64,000 nt of DNA from the human T2T-CHM13v2.0 reference genome, Homo sapiens. Under the pieces are notes generated by a model that was not told where the DNA came from, made no database searches, and worked only from the letters and a program-made list of their open reading frames with translations. Shown here in pieces: positions 1-18,540 of this stretch. The first letter of the stretch is position 1, and every line of letters begins with the position of its first letter. Both the position numbers and the translations under genes were made by a program. Location of the stretch: assembly GCF_009914755.1 (NCBI RefSeq), contig NC_060936.1, one strand, 5' to 3'.

Positions 1-641
1 GTTGATTGTTTCCTTTGCTGTGCAGAAGCTTTTTAAGTTTGTTATAGTCCCATTTGTCTATTTTGGTTTTCTCACCAGTGCTTTTGAAACCTTACCAAGA
101 AAGTCTTTTCCTAGACCAGTGTCCTCAAGTGTTTCCCCTACATTTTTTTTTCTAATAGTTTTATATGAATAGTTTCAGGTCTTACATTTAAGTCTTTAAT
201 CAGTTTTGAGTTGACTATTGCGTTTGGTAAAAGGTAGGGGTCTAATTTAATTTTTCTGCATGTGGATATCCAGTTTTCCCAGTACTATCTATTGAAGAGG
301 GCGTCCTTTTCCCAAAGTATGGTTTTGGCTCTTTTGTTGAAAATCAGTTGGCTGTAAATATGTGGATTTATTTCTAGGTTCTCTGTTCTGTCCTATTGGT
401 CTATGTGTCTGTTTTTATACCAGCACCATGCTGTTTTGGTTACTATAGCTTTGTAGTGTATTTTGAAGTCACATAGTGTGATGTCTTCTGCTTTGTTCTT
501 TTTTGTTCATTATTGCTTTGGCTATTCAGGGTCTTTCTGGTTCCATATAAACTTGAGAATTGTTTTTTTATTTCTCTGAAGAATATCATTGATATTTTGA
601 TATGGATTGCATTGAATCTATAGTTTGCTTTGGAAAGTATG

Positions 642-788
642 TTTTTTTTTTTTTTTTTTTTAAGAGACGAGGTCTTGCTCTCTCATCCCAGCTACAGTGT
701 AGTAGTATGATCATAGCTCACTGAAACCTCAAACTCTTGGGCTCAAATGATTCTCCCACATCAGCCTCCCATGTAGCTGGGATGACAG
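642..788 (-). mobile_element. Alu right-arm fragment (AluJ/FRAM-like)
   Basis: polyT followed by gagacgaggtcttgctc...agctgggat. Confidence 0.75.
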
Positions 789-2031
789 TGGTCATTTTAA
801 CAGCATTCTTCCTATCCATGAACATGGGATGTCTTTCCAATTTTTTTTGTGTCCTCTTCAATTTCTTTTATCAGTATTTTGTAATTTTCATTGTAGAGCT
901 CTTTCACCTTCTTGGTTCAATTTATTCTTAGAGTTTGTTGTTGTAGCTTATTGTAAATGGGATTGCATTCTTGGTTACTTTTTTAGCTGGTTTGTTATTG
1001 GTGTATGGAAATGCTACTGATTTTTATATGTTGATTTTTTATCCTGCAACTTTAGTGAATTTGTTTATAAGTTCTAAGATTGTTTTGATGGAGTCTTTAG
1101 GTTTTTCTAGATATAAGAACATGTTGTCTGCAAACAGGGACATTTGACTGCCTCTTTTGCAATCTGGATGCCCTTTATTTTTTTCTCTAGCCTAAGTGCT
1201 CTGGCTGGGACTTCCAGTACTATGTTGAGTAAGAATGGTGAAAAGTTGGCATACTTGTCTGGTTCTAGTTCTTAGAGGAAATGCATTCAGCTTTTCCCTA
1301 TTAAGTGTGATGTTAGCTGTCACTTTGTCATATGTGGCCTTGATTATGTTGAGGTATGTTCCTTTATTGCCTAGTTTATTGAGAGTTTTTATCAGGAAGG
1401 TATGTTGAATTTTATCCAATGTTTTTTTCTGCATCTATTGAGATAATCATATGGATTTTGTCATTCATGCTGTTGATGTGCTATATTACATTTATCGTTT
1501 TGTGTATGTTGAACCATCCTTGCATCCCTGGGATAAATCCCACTTTGTCTTGGTGTATTGTCTTTTGAATGTGCTGTTGGATTTTGTTTGCTAGTATGTT
1601 GTTGAGGATTTTTGCATCTGTGTTCATCAGGGATATTGACCATAGTTTTTGTTGTTTCTGTACCCTTGTCTGGTTTTCGCATCAAGGTAATGCTGGCTGG
1701 CCCTATAGAGTAAGTTACAAAGAATTACCCCTCTTCAGCTTTTGGGAATAGTTTGAGAAGAATTGGTGTTAGTTCTTTAAAAGTTTTGTAGAATTTAGCA
1801 TTAAAGCTATCTGATCCAGGGTTTCCTTTGTTGAGAGACTTTTTATTAAAATTGATTCAGTCTTGTTACTTGGTGTTGTTCTGTTCAGGTTTACTACTTG
1901 TATTAGTCTGTTTTCATGCTGGCTGATGAAGACATACTGAGACTGGAGAGAAAAAGAGGTTTAATTGGACTTATAGTTCCACATGGCTGGGGAGGCCTCA
2001 GAATCATGGTGGGAGGCAAAGGCCACTTCTT

Positions 2032-2401
2032 TTTTTTTTACTATTATACTTTAAGTTTTAGGGTACATGTGCACAATGTGCAGGTTAGTTACATATGTAT
2101 ACATGTGCCATGCTGGTGTGCTGCACCCATTAACTCGTCATTTAGCATTAGGTATATCTCCTAATGCTAACCCTCCCCCCTTCCCCCACCCCACAACAGT
2201 CCCCAGAGTGTGATGTTCCCCTTCCTGTGTCCATGTGTTCTCATTGTTCAATTCCCATCTATGAGTGAGAACATGCGGTGTTTGGTTTTTTGTCCTTGTG
2301 ATAGTTTACTGAGAATGATGGTTTCCAGTTGCATCCATGTCCCTACAAAGGACATGAACTCATCATTTTTTACGGCTGCATAGTATTCCATGGTGTATAT
2401 G
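2032..2401 (-). mobile_element. 5'-truncated young L1PA (PA2-PA4-like) 3' end
   Basis: ttatactttaagttttagggtacatgtgcac...; TSD aaaggc(c)acttctt at 2018-2031 and 2403-2415; carries non-Ta ctc (GAG) diagnostic. Confidence 0.9.
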
Positions 2402-2578
2402 AAAAGGCACTTCTTACATTGAGGCGGCAAGAGAAAAATGAGGAAGAAGCAAAAGCGGAAACCCCTGATAAACCCATCAGATCTCATGAGACTTATTCAC
2501 TATCACAAGAATAGCATGGGAAAGACTGGCCCCATGATTCAGTTACCTTCCCTTGGGTCCTTCACATAACGTGGGAAA

Positions 2579-2879
2579 TTTTTTTTTTTTTTTTTTGAGA
2601 CGGAGTCTCGCTTTGTTGCCCAGGCTGGAGTGCAGTGGTGCGATCTCGGCTCACTGCAAGCTCTGCCTCCTGGGTTCACGCCATTCTCCTGCCTCAGCCT
2701 CCTGAGTAGCTGGGACTACAGGTGCCCACCACCACGCCTGGCTAATTTTTTTTGCATTTTTAGTAGAACGAGGTTTCACCGTGTTAGCCAGGATGATCTC
2801 GATCTCCTGACCGCGTGATCCACCTGCCTCGGGCCCCCCAAAGTGCTGGGATTACAGGCGTGAGCCACCACGCCTGGCC
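2579..2879 (-). mobile_element. AluY inside THE1 LTR
   Basis: gcaagctc, cacgccattc and accgtgttagccaggatg diagnostics; TSD gtgggaa(a)tt. Confidence 0.9.
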
Positions 2880-3144
2880 ACATGTGGGAATTCTTGGAGA
2901 TACAATTCATGTTGAGATTTGGGTATAGTACACTATATCACTGCTTCTTCCTGGTCCGATCTTGGCAAGTTCTATATATCCAGGAATTTATCCATTCCTT
3001 CTAGGTTTTCCAATTTGTTGGTGTATAGTTGTTCATAATGGCGTCTAATGATTCTTTGTATTTCTGTGGTTTCCTTTTTCATTTCAGATTTTGTTTGAGT
3101 CTTCTCTCTTCTTAGTCTAGCTAATGGTTTGTGGATTTTGCTTA

Positions 3145-3504
<360 letters not shown>

Positions 3505-3821
3505 TCATTGATGTTTTATATGTGTCTCTCTCTAATTATCTAATCTAATTGAATCTCTCTCTCCCCCCCCATATCTCCATATCTCCATCTCTTGCTTTCT
3601 CTTTCTCTCTCTCTGGTTTCTATTTTGCTTATTTCTGCTCTGGTCTTTATTTCTTACACTAATTTTGAGTTTGGTTTGTTCTTGCCTTTCAGGTTCCTTG
3701 AGATGCATTGCTAGGTTGTTTATTTAAAATCTGTCTTCTTTTTTGATATAAGTATTTATTGCTGTAAACCCCCCTCTTTGTACTGCCTTTGCTGTTTCCC
3801 AGAGGTTTTGGTATGTTGTGT

Positions 3822-4270
3822 TTTTTTTTCTTCTTTTCTTCTTTTTTTTTTTTTTTTTTTGAGACGGAGTCTTGCTCTGTCACCCAGGCTGGAGTGCAGT
3901 GGCATGATCTCGGCTCACTGCAAGCTCTGCCTCCCGGGTTCACTCCCACCTCAGCCTCCCTAGTAGCTGGGACTACAGGCACCCACCAGCACGCCTGGCT
4001 AATTTTTTATATTTTTAGTAGAGACAGGGTTTCACCGTGTTAGCCAGGATGGTCTTGATCTCCAGACCTCGTGATCTGCCCGCCTCGGCCCCCGAAGTGC
4101 TGGGATTACAGGTGTGAGCCAATGCGCCCGGCCTTTTCTTTTCTTTTTTTGAAAATGAAGACGGGGTTTTGCCATGTTGCCCAGGCTGGTGTCGAACTCC
4201 TGAGCTCAAGCCATCTGCGTGCCTCAGTCTCCCAAAGTGCTGGGATTTCAGGCATGAGCCACCACACCTT
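3822..4270 (-). mobile_element. AluY followed by a free left-arm Alu monomer
   Basis: Full antisense Alu 3822-4133, then monomer 4134-4270. Confidence 0.85.
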
Positions 4271-4924
4271 GTCATTATGTTGTGTTTCTATTTCGGTTTT
4301 TTTTCCAACAAATCTTTTGAATTCCTTTTAAATTTCTCCATAGACCCAGTGGTTTTTCAGGTGTTTAGTTTCCAAAGTTCTTGTTTTTGATGTCTAGTTT
4401 TATCCCACTGTGGTCTGGGAAGATACTTGATATGATTTTAGTTTTACAAAATTTGTTGAGACTTGTTTCGTGGCCTAACATATGGTTTATCCTAGAGAAT
4501 GTTCCATGTGCTGATGAGGAGAATGTATATTCTGTAGCTGTTGCATGGAATGTTCTATGAATGCCTGTTAGTTCCATTTGGTCCATAGTTCCACTGAAGA
4601 CCAGTGTTTCTTTGTTGATTTTCTGTCTAGATGATCTGTTCAGTGGTGAAAGTGGGGTGGTGAAGTCCGCAATTATTCTTATATTGGGATCTATGTCTCT
4701 AGCTCTAATAATATTTGCTTTATAGCTGGGTGCTTTGGTGTTAGGTGCATATGTGTTTATAGTTGTTACGTCCTTTTGCTGAATTGATCCCTTTATCATT
4801 ATATAATGTCCCTTTTTATGTTTTTTGACTTGAAAGTCTATTTTGTTTGATATAAATATAGCTACTCCTTCATGCGTCTGGTTTCCATTTATGTGGAGTA
4901 TCTTTTTCCATTCCTTCATTTTCT

Positions 4925-5418
4925 TTTTTTTTGAGACGGAGTTTCACCCTTGTTGCCCAGGCTGGAGTGACTGTAGTAGCATGATCTTGGCTCACTGCAA
5001 TCTCTGCCTCCCGGGTTCAAGCAGTTCTCCTGCCTTAGCCTCCCAAGTAGCTGGGGATTACAAGCATGTGCCACCACGCCTGGCTGATTTTTTGCATGTA
5101 TGTATGTATGTATGTATTTATTTATTTAGTTTTTGAGATGGAATATTGCTCTGTCGCCCAGGCTGTAGTGTGGTGGCATGATCTTGCTTCACTGCATCCT
5201 CCACCTCCTGGGTTCCAGTGATGCCCCTGCCTCAGCCTCCTGGGTATCTGGGATTACAGGCATGTGCCACCACGCCTGGCTAATTTTTGTATTTTTAGTA
5301 GAGACGGGGTTTTCACCATTTTGGCTAGGCTGGTCTCGAACTGCTGACTTCAGGTGATCTACCTGCCTTGGCCTCCCATAGTGCTGGGATTACAGGTGTG
5401 AGCCACCGCACCTGGCTT
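4925..5418 (-). mobile_element. Trimeric Alu (left-right-right arms) with a (TATG)n(TATT)n spacer
   Basis: Two right arms and one left arm between a single TSD attccttcattttct (4910-4924, 5419-5433). Confidence 0.8.
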
Positions 5419-6076
5419 ATTCCTTCATTTTCTATGTGTGTTTTTACATGTGAAGTGAGTTTCTTGTAGACAGCATATAGTTGAGTCTTTTTTTAAAAAA
5501 AAATCCACTCATTCAGCCTATATCTTTTAATTGGGGAATTTAAACCATGTACATTCAAGATTGTTCTTGATATGTGAAGGCTTACTCCTGTCATTTTGTT
5601 GTTTTCTGATTGCTTTGTATATCCTATGTTCCTTTTTTCCTCTCATTGTTTATCCTTGCTGTTTGGTGGTATTCTGTAGTGATAACATTTGACTAGTTTC
5701 TCTTTCTCATTTGTATATTTGCTTTGCCAGTGAATTTTATACTTTTATGTGTTTTCGTGATGATACATATTATTCTTTCCCTTCCAGATGTAAGACTCTC
5801 TTCAGCATTTTGTATGGCTGGTTTAGTGGTGAATTTTTTCAGTTTTCATTTGTCTGTGAAAGACTTTATTTCTCCTTCATTTCTGAAAGATAGCTTTGCT
5901 GGGTATAGTATTCTTGGCTAACAATTTTTTTGCTCCCCACCCCCTTCATTCAGCAGTTTGAATATATCATTTCATTCTCTCCTGACTTGTAAAGTTTCTG
6001 CTGAGAAATCTGCCATTAGTCTGATGGAGATTCCCATACATGTGACTTGAGGATTTTCTCTTGCTGTTTAAAAAAC

Positions 6077-7157
<1,081 letters not shown>

Positions 7158-7327
7158 TGTCTGAGATTTTGCAAAAGACCTGTCTTCAAGTTCAGAAAAT
7201 CTGCTTGATGTAGTCTATTCTATTTTTTATTTCACTCATTGAATTCTTTAATTTCACAATTTGTTTGTTTGTTTGATATATATCTCCTTGTTGAATTTTT
7301 CACTGATGAATTGTTTTCCTATTTCTT

Positions 7328-7337
<10 letters not shown>

Positions 7338-7383
<46 letters not shown>
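7338..7383. repeat. (TG)n microsatellite, ~22 units
   Basis: Directly visible. Confidence 0.97.
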
Positions 7384-7386
<3 letters not shown>

Positions 7387-7669
7387 TATATTGCTGAGTT
7401 TCCTTAAGATCATTATTTTTCATTTTTTTCAGGCATTTCAGAGATTTCTTTTTTTGGGGCGGGGGGGACGGATTTCTTCCTAGAGAATTAATTGAGTTTC
7501 TTTTGAGGTGTTGTATTTCCCTTGCTTTTTTATGTTTCTTGTGTCTACTTTGGCATCTGTGCATCTGGTGCAGCAGCTGCTCCTTCCAATTTTATGGAGC
7601 AGCTTTTGTGCGGAAATACTTTTTCCTGCAGGTATATCTACAGTATTGGCTGGATAACGTGCTTTGGCC

Positions 7670-8060
7670 GTACAATAGAGTAGTATTCAGCCATGAAAAG
7701 GAATGAAGTTCTGATACATGCTGCAGTGTGGATATACCTCCAAAACTTTATCCTGACTGAAAGGAGCCAGATACAAAAGATCACTTATTGTATGGTTCCG
7801 TGTATATGTAATATATTTTGTAGATAAATCTACAGATGTAGAATGCTAATTGGTGGTTGCCAGAGGCTGGGAAGAATGAGGAATGGGAAGAAACTGCTGG
7901 GTAAGGAGTTTTAACTTTGGAGTGATGGAAATATTATGGAACTAGGTAGAGGCAGTCATTGCGGAACACTGTGAACGTACTAAATGTTACTGAATTGTTC
8001 ACTTTAAAATGGTTAATTTTATGTTATATGAACTACACCTCAATACATTATTTTTTAAAA
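7670..8060 (+). mobile_element. L1MB/MC-like 3' end
   Basis: tattcagccatgaaaaggaatgaagttctgatacatgc...cactttaaaatggttaattttatgttatatg. Confidence 0.75.
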
Positions 8061-8291
8061 GTTTTATGAACAGTCATAAATTAAAACAAATATTCGCTAT
8101 GGCGATTAATATAATTGCCCTGTGTTGAGGATTTACCGGGAGCTGGAGCCTTCACATATATTGATTCTAAGCCTTATGTCAGCATTGCAAGATAGATTAG
8201 GAAGAACAAAGAACTATATTAGTAGTTTAAAATAATGGCTTTAAACTGCTTTACACCTTGTTTATCAAATCAAGTGAGCCCTTGAAATTTA

Positions 8292-8716
<425 letters not shown>

Positions 8717-8804
8717 TTAGCAAGAAGGATCTTATTACGAACTTATGTTTATTTGAGTTTGGTATTTTATCTTTCAGTTTTAAGTTTTGTAGTTGAAAAT
8801 ATGG

Positions 8805-8970
8805 AACTATAGGCATGTGCCACCACACCCAGCTAGTTTTTGTATTTTTTATAGAGACGGGGTTTTGCCATGTTGCGCAGACTGGTCTCGAACTCTTGGG
8901 CTCAAGCAATCTGCCTGCCTCCACCTCCCAAAGTGTTGGAATTACAGGTGTGAGCCTCTGTGCCCGGCCA
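8805..8970 (-). mobile_element. Partial Alu (left arm)
   Basis: Alu linker plus left arm, antisense. Confidence 0.8.
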
Positions 8971-9781
8971 AAACATAAGTTTTATGATATAATACTTGCT
9001 CTATGGACGATGTTAGATGTTTTAAGTTTTATTTTCTTTTAATGAAAAAAGATTGGCAACCACTAAATTGTTTTTACAACTCATTTTTTAACAAGCCAGT
9101 TTGAAAAGTTTTTAGTGTAAAATGCCAGTGTTTCTGCTATCCGATGAAAAGCATCAGGTTCTATAAAATTTTACTATTGGAAAGTTAGGGTTTGGGGAAG
9201 AGTATTCTAAATATATGTAACTTTGTAATCATAACACAAACAGAAGTAATGTTAATAAATGGTACCTCAGGAGATTACTTGGATAGCACTAGGATGCCAG
9301 GTGATAGTAGCCAGAGAATGCTTCAACATATATTCAAAACTCACCGAAGTAATTTAGTAGAAATGCTTGCTTACAGTGCTGAGAAATTGCTGATGGAAGT
9401 GGATCTCTGAGCGCAGGAAAAAGTGCAGCCTGTCTTGAGCAGAGGGCCATGAGTGCTCAGGGGTGTGCCCCTGTAGGAAGGGAGCCCTGGATACAGGTGC
9501 TCTGTTTTAGTTTTCTCAAAATAGAGCTGAAAGGATCACTATTTATTCAGCAGCCAAGCAGAGGGCATTTTCCTTTCCTGCTGAAGGCTGCAATTCTGCC
9601 TGTCTTTGTAGTTCTCTTGCCTAGGAAAAGGTACATATGAATCAGCACAGCTTTGTTATAATGATAGTTCTCTATTTATCATGATCATGTATGAGCTAAT
9701 TTATATTGTAAAAAATATATTTAGAACAAAACTGTGTGTGTGTCCAGTGTAGTTTGCCAATTTTACTGTATTTCATTTTAG

Positions 9782-10089
<308 letters not shown>

Positions 10090-11454
10090 ATGCTGAGATC
10101 TTAATTAAGACTCTAAGTTTTGGAGAGAGATGTTCAAGTTTTTCATCTTTACCTGAGAATCCCTACAAAATGCCAAATACTGTAATTGTACACTAAGGTG
10201 CCAAAATTTTGATCTCAAAGATCCGTATGAAATTATCTTGGAGATAAGGAACCTGAAGGCTTAAAAGACACAAGAATCAAGTTTCTCTTCTGGCCCTTTC
10301 TTATTTATTACATACAAAAATAATTACTTTTCCCTTTAGGAATTAAAAAAAAAAGTAGTCACTCAGGGATACCTGATTCTTTACTGATGCTTAGCATTTT
10401 TTTGTGAATAATTTTTATCCCTCTAACAGTAAAATGATGTTAAAAGCCCTTGAAAAAATGAAAATTAATTGCATTTCATACCCTTGAAGCTCTGATTTTA
10501 TTGATAATTTTGTTTTTTAAGTGAACAAAACCTCAAAATATACTAGCAAGGTAAATTTATTGATTTCTCCTCTTATGCCCGATTGCTTATCAATTTGGTT
10601 CTTTTGTCTAAGAATGATCCAATTAGCAGACTAATTTTTTTTCAACAGGGAACTTTCGCCTTCTTACACTGTGTTCTCATTGGAGCATTGCATAGTCTCT
10701 GCATACGTAGAGCGTGAAGATGGTGTCTTTATGTATACCTTCTTAAGTAAGCTAAACTGTCTTGAAAATGGCAGTAAGTGGCACATTAAGACACAAAAGG
10801 TTATTTCTTTTTTGGCGAATGGTTGTTTGTTTAAATGGAGAAACATAAGGTCTTATATTGAGAGGTAGATTTATTTAATATTCCATAGATGTAATTTTAA
10901 AAATATTTCTCCTGTCTCAGAATGAAGTGAGGGTTCTGCTAAGACAGCTTTGTAATTCACAGCTTTCTTTGAAAATGCTGTACCTCTATTCCTTATTGAT
11001 GGACTTGAATGCACAATCATTTGTGGAGTTTTTTTGTTTTGTTTTTATGAAATAGCAGTTTGATCATTTATACCAAAAGTTAGTGCTATATGATTAGATA
11101 TCAACGTTCCTTAGATAGAAGCATTCCAGGCTGGATATCTGACTCCTTTTATCATCTGCATGGTGTACTTAGCTGTATATAAAATGGAAAAGTAGCAAGT
11201 TTAAATGACTGGTAAAGTTGGAGGCACACTCTGCTACCCAGCGGTTCTATTTCTGTGTCTTCTTGAGAGAAACTTTTACCCATGTGCTCAAGGATCTATA
11301 TAGATGGAGGTGTAATTTATTATAATGGTGATCTAGATAGGATCTAGATAGATGGAGGTGTATTTATTATAATAGTGAATAAGTACAAAAATACTTAACT
11401 GTTCCTCAGTAAGTGAATGGATACATTGATATTATTCGTATAGTGGAATTCAAG

Positions 11455-11762
11455 TAAACAATCCTTATCTCCAGAATACTTAGGGCAGATGTATTTTGGA
11501 ATTTAGAAATTTTTAAACTTTAAAGGTAATTCGGTATGTATACCATTTATTGTATAACACTCCCATTGGGATTTGGGAAACACCTCATAATCAAACATAC
11601 TAATTTTTCTGTAGCAAAATTTATGAATATTCATATTAAGTGGGATAAATAGATTTTAAATGGCTTCATACTATTTGGGTTAATTACATTTTTTAATTAG
11701 GTTATGGGAAAACTTAAGAGCTTTTTGGATTTTAGATTTTTGGAAAAAGAATTGTGAACCCA
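11455..11762. mobile_element. MER46C-like Tigger-family DNA element inside an old L1ME fragment (~11210-11990)
   Basis: ataacactcccattgggatttggg...ataatcaaacatactaatttttctgtagcaaa resembles recalled consensus. Confidence 0.55.
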
Positions 11763-12134
11763 TATTATAAAGTTCATAAAATGAATGAAATCGAGCTACA
11801 TGTATCGATGTGGATAAATCTGAAGCATATTATGTTAAGTAACAAAAGGAAGTTGCAGAGATAACCTTGTGCAAATGACATCATTTATGTGAATTGTTAA
11901 ATAAGCAACAGTGAGAGAGAGAGAGAGAGCTCTGAAGCAAATAAGGCAAATTATTGGTAGTGGTTTTCTTACTTTGTTGTATGTTTGAATGTGTCTTTAT
12001 AACCTCAAACTTCAGCTTTTAAACCTTCTGTTTTACCTTAAGAATGTAAGGTTACATTGAGTTAGGCAATAAGAGTATGCTACAAAGCATGTCAGAACTG
12101 GAAGTGTTCTTTAAAATCATTTAAATTATCATCC

Positions 12135-12445
12135 CTTCTTTTTTTCTTACTTTCTTTTTTTCTTTTCTTTTTTTTTTGGAGGCAGGGTCTCACTCTGCCG
12201 CCCAGGCTGGAGTATAGTGGCATGATCATGGTTCACTGCAGCCTCAGACTCCTGGGCTCAGGGAAACCTCCTGAGTATCTGGGACTATAGATGCATGCCA
12301 CTGTGCCCAGCTAATTTTTTTAATTTTTTTGTAGAGACAGTGTCTGTGTTGCCCAGGCTGGTCTTGAACTCCTGGGCTCAAGCAGTCCTTCCTCCTCGGC
12401 TTCTCAAAGTGCTGGGATTATAGGTGTGAGCCACTGTGCCTGGTC
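12135..12445 (-). mobile_element. AluJ
   Basis: atcatggttcactgcagcctc and cctgggctcaagc diagnostics. Confidence 0.88.
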
Positions 12446-12549
12446 TACTCTTCCTTCTTCTAATCCAAGTCATTCCTACTTGTTAAGAGATTCTCTTGAA
12501 TATTTATTTATTTTCCCTTTTTAAACCTTAGACCTTTTACTTCTTTTCA

Positions 12550-13670
12550 AAACATATTTTGGTTGAGATATAGTTTCCATACAGTGAAATGCACACACCT
12601 TAAGTATCTTGTTTCCATGAGTTTTGACAAATGCCAACACCCGTGTAATCCACAATTCTGTCAAGATACAGAACATTTCCATCATCCCACAAAGTTCCCT
12701 TGCATCTCTCCCCAGTTCGCATCATCCCTGCCCCGCAGCACAGGTAGTGTTCTGATTCCTTTCACTTTAATTTTACGTGTTCTCGAACTTCATTTAAATG
12801 GAATCATACAGTCTGTACCCTGTTGTGTCTGGCTTTTGTTGCTCAGTGTGTTGTTTTTTACATTTATCCATGTTGTTGCATGTATCCATAGTTATCCTTT
12901 TATATACTGAGTAACACTCCATTGTGTGAATGTGGTACTATCAGTTTATCCAATCTTCTGTTGATGGACATTTGTGTTGTTTCCAGTTTTTGGCTCTTAT
13001 AGATAAAACCACTGTAAACATTTTTATATGGTTGTGTTTATTGGTACATGTTTTCATTTCTCTTGGGGTGATACCTAAGGGTGGAATTCCTGGGTCCTAG
13101 GGTGGTGCATACTTCACTTCGTGAGAAACTACCAGAGCAGTTTTCAGTGTTGCTTCTGGCTGCTTCCATCCTTGCCAGCATTTGGTATTGTTAATTGTCT
13201 AAATTTTAGCCATTCTAGTGGGTGTGTAGTGATATCTTATTGTGGTTTTGATTTGCATTTCCCCAGTTACTAAAGATACTAGTCACTTTTTCGTTTGCTT
13301 ATTGGTTAGTTAGTTCAATTGCTTATTGTCCTTAGAAGAACGTTCATCTTCCCCAGGAATGTATTTTTCTTTTTGAAGTATCTAAGTCTTCTACCCACTT
13401 TTAAAAAGTTTTTTTTTTTTAATTGAGTTGTAGAAGTAGTTTATATATTCTGGATACAAGTCCTTTAACAGTTATATGTGGCATGCCAATTTTATTTTTA
13501 TAGTGGTCTCTTTCTTTTTAAAATTTTTCCTCATCACTCTTTCCATATGATACAATGTTCTCTTTTGATAAGCAGAAATTAAAAATTTTGAAGTCTAATT
13601 TGTGAATTTAAAGTTTTATCATTAGTACTTCCTAAGATAACCATCCAAATATCTTTCCCTTAAAAGTATA
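12550..13670 (-). mobile_element. Old L1 (L1MC/ME-like) 3' region
   Basis: gagatatagttt...aaatgcacacaccttaag...gatggacattt...tagccattctagtgggtgtgtagtg. Confidence 0.75.
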
Positions 13671-13678
13671 AAGTCTGA

Positions 13679-13986
<308 letters not shown>

Positions 13987-14425
13987 TCAGCTGAAGTGAT
14001 ATGAAAGCTTTTGTGATCATAGACCTAAGCATTTGAATTGCAAATATAACTTGGTGTGTGAAAGCTCTGCAGTATGCATGCAGGAATTAAATGTCTGTCT
14101 GGAAATAATGCCAACAAATATATTTATTGGGGTTTGTGTGATAGAATTGGCAGATAACCAAGGAAGCAAATTTATTTTCCTTTTAAATATGAAGGAAAAT
14201 TTATGAAGGAAGAGCAAATTTATTTTCCTTTCAAATACGAAAACATGAAGTAATCTTTTGTAATGTTTACTACCTACATTGATTGCCTTTCTCTGCATTA
14301 ATTTCTCAAAAATTTTCTTCATTAATTTTCTTGAGGAGCTCTTTTATCTGCTTAATGTCTTTAAAACACATGTGCAAAAGAGTCTCAGACGCATCTTATT
14401 TGATGATTGTCATGGAAAATATTAA

Positions 14426-14851
<426 letters not shown>

Positions 14852-14878
14852 AATAAATACTTTAAAAATAAATTTTCA

Positions 14879-16110
<1,232 letters not shown>

Positions 16111-16169
16111 TATAGAATGCATTTATGACAGTAGGACTTACCCATTTTGATAGTGTTTTCATTTATTCC

Positions 16170-16455
16170 TTTTTCTTTTTTTTCCGAGACAGAGCTTTGC
16201 TCTGTCACCCAGGCTGGAGTGCAGTGGCGTGATCTTGGCATCCTCCAACTCCTGGGTGCAAGCGATTTTCCTGCCTCAGCCTCCCGAATAGCTGGGATTA
16301 TAGGATGCCACCATGTCCAGCTAAGGTTCGTAGTTTTAGAGATGGGGTTTCACCATGTTGGTCAAACTGGTCTCAAACTCCCCCACCCCAAGTGATCTAC
16401 CCACTTTGGCCTCCCAGAGTGCTGGGATTACAGGCATGAGCCACTGCACCCGACC
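16170..16455 (-). mobile_element. Alu
   Basis: TSD ttttcatttattc. Confidence 0.88.
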
Positions 16456-17062
16456 ACATTTTCATTTATTCTTTAACTTCTATTCTGGGTTGTGGTAGCA
16501 TAAAGATGGATTATGTTTATTGCTGAAATAAACCTGTTGTCCAAATTTTGATGTTTTCCAGCCATTATCTTGCTACTTAGATTTATGTACAGCATTCGCA
16601 GAGCAAAAAGATAGATGATCTTATTTTTCCTGGATTCAGAGGCAGAGAGTAGTTGTTAGAATTCTAGTGTAATTGCTCATTCATTTTCTTGACTCTGACA
16701 TCTTTTTTTAGAGGAAAATAACTTTGGTTAGTAAGCTCCAAATAATGGGTGAGAATGTTAAACAATTTAATCCATCCCTTTGAGTTCTAGTGCGGGTCTT
16801 TTTTGCATTTTGGTGAGTCTCCTGCTTGTGTTTAGATTAGTCTGAAAACTTTGATTTGGTTTAATATTTGAGGGCTTTCAGTGTGCTTTGCTGTACAGGA
16901 AATAAATCTCTGTCATTAACTCAAAGAATACTAAACTAACAATAAGGAGGAGTAAATTACCTTGGAGGCTCTTCCCCTGTCTCATTCTCTGTGGTTCAGA
17001 CTCATTAAATTAGTTTCTTCTTTTAAAATGTTTCTTCTTTTAAAATTATGGAAATTAGAATT

Positions 17063-17820
<758 letters not shown>

Positions 17821-18239
17821 TACTTTGTTTTCATAGAGATATATTAAAGTTTTATGAGTTTAGCTCATAGTGATCTTATAGGTTCTAAGCTTCATTTGAA
17901 TATATTGCATGTAAAATAAATGCTTTATCTGTGTTCCTTTTGTCTTTCTTGAATATTGTTGTTAATTTAAAATTTGTAATAGGTTATAACTCTTATGTTT
18001 TACCCATTTGTGAGCTTTATTTTTGGATAAGAACTTTATCCTGTACTTTTGCTGTGCTTCGTATAGTACAACTATGAAAGATTCTTGTTGACTGTTGATT
18101 ATCTGAAAATGCTTCTTTTTGCTTCAGGTCAAATATTGAATAAACCTAGAGCATATAATTAACATTTTTATTAGGACTGTGGTTTGTATTTTGGCCAGTT
18201 TGGATTTAAGAATTACTTGTATTGGTTGGTGTAGAACTG

Positions 18240-18540
<301 letters not shown>

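Larger units (their letters stand above)
1899..2940 (-). mobile_element. THE1 (MaLR) solo LTR, antisense, split by L1PA and AluY insertions
   Basis: Begins tgtattagtctgttttcatgct and ends ...ctatatca; near-TSD ctact/ctgct; homologous in reverse to the LTR at 22258. Confidence 0.88.

Noticed and set aside
4365-4919. 184-aa endonuclease-like ORF as a functional gene
   Set aside because: Decayed L1 ORF2 fragment, cut by Alu insertions and frameshifts.
11291-11378. Small local duplications (also ~14160-14245 and ~56838-56895)
   Set aside because: Two-copy slippage duplications, with nothing suggesting function.
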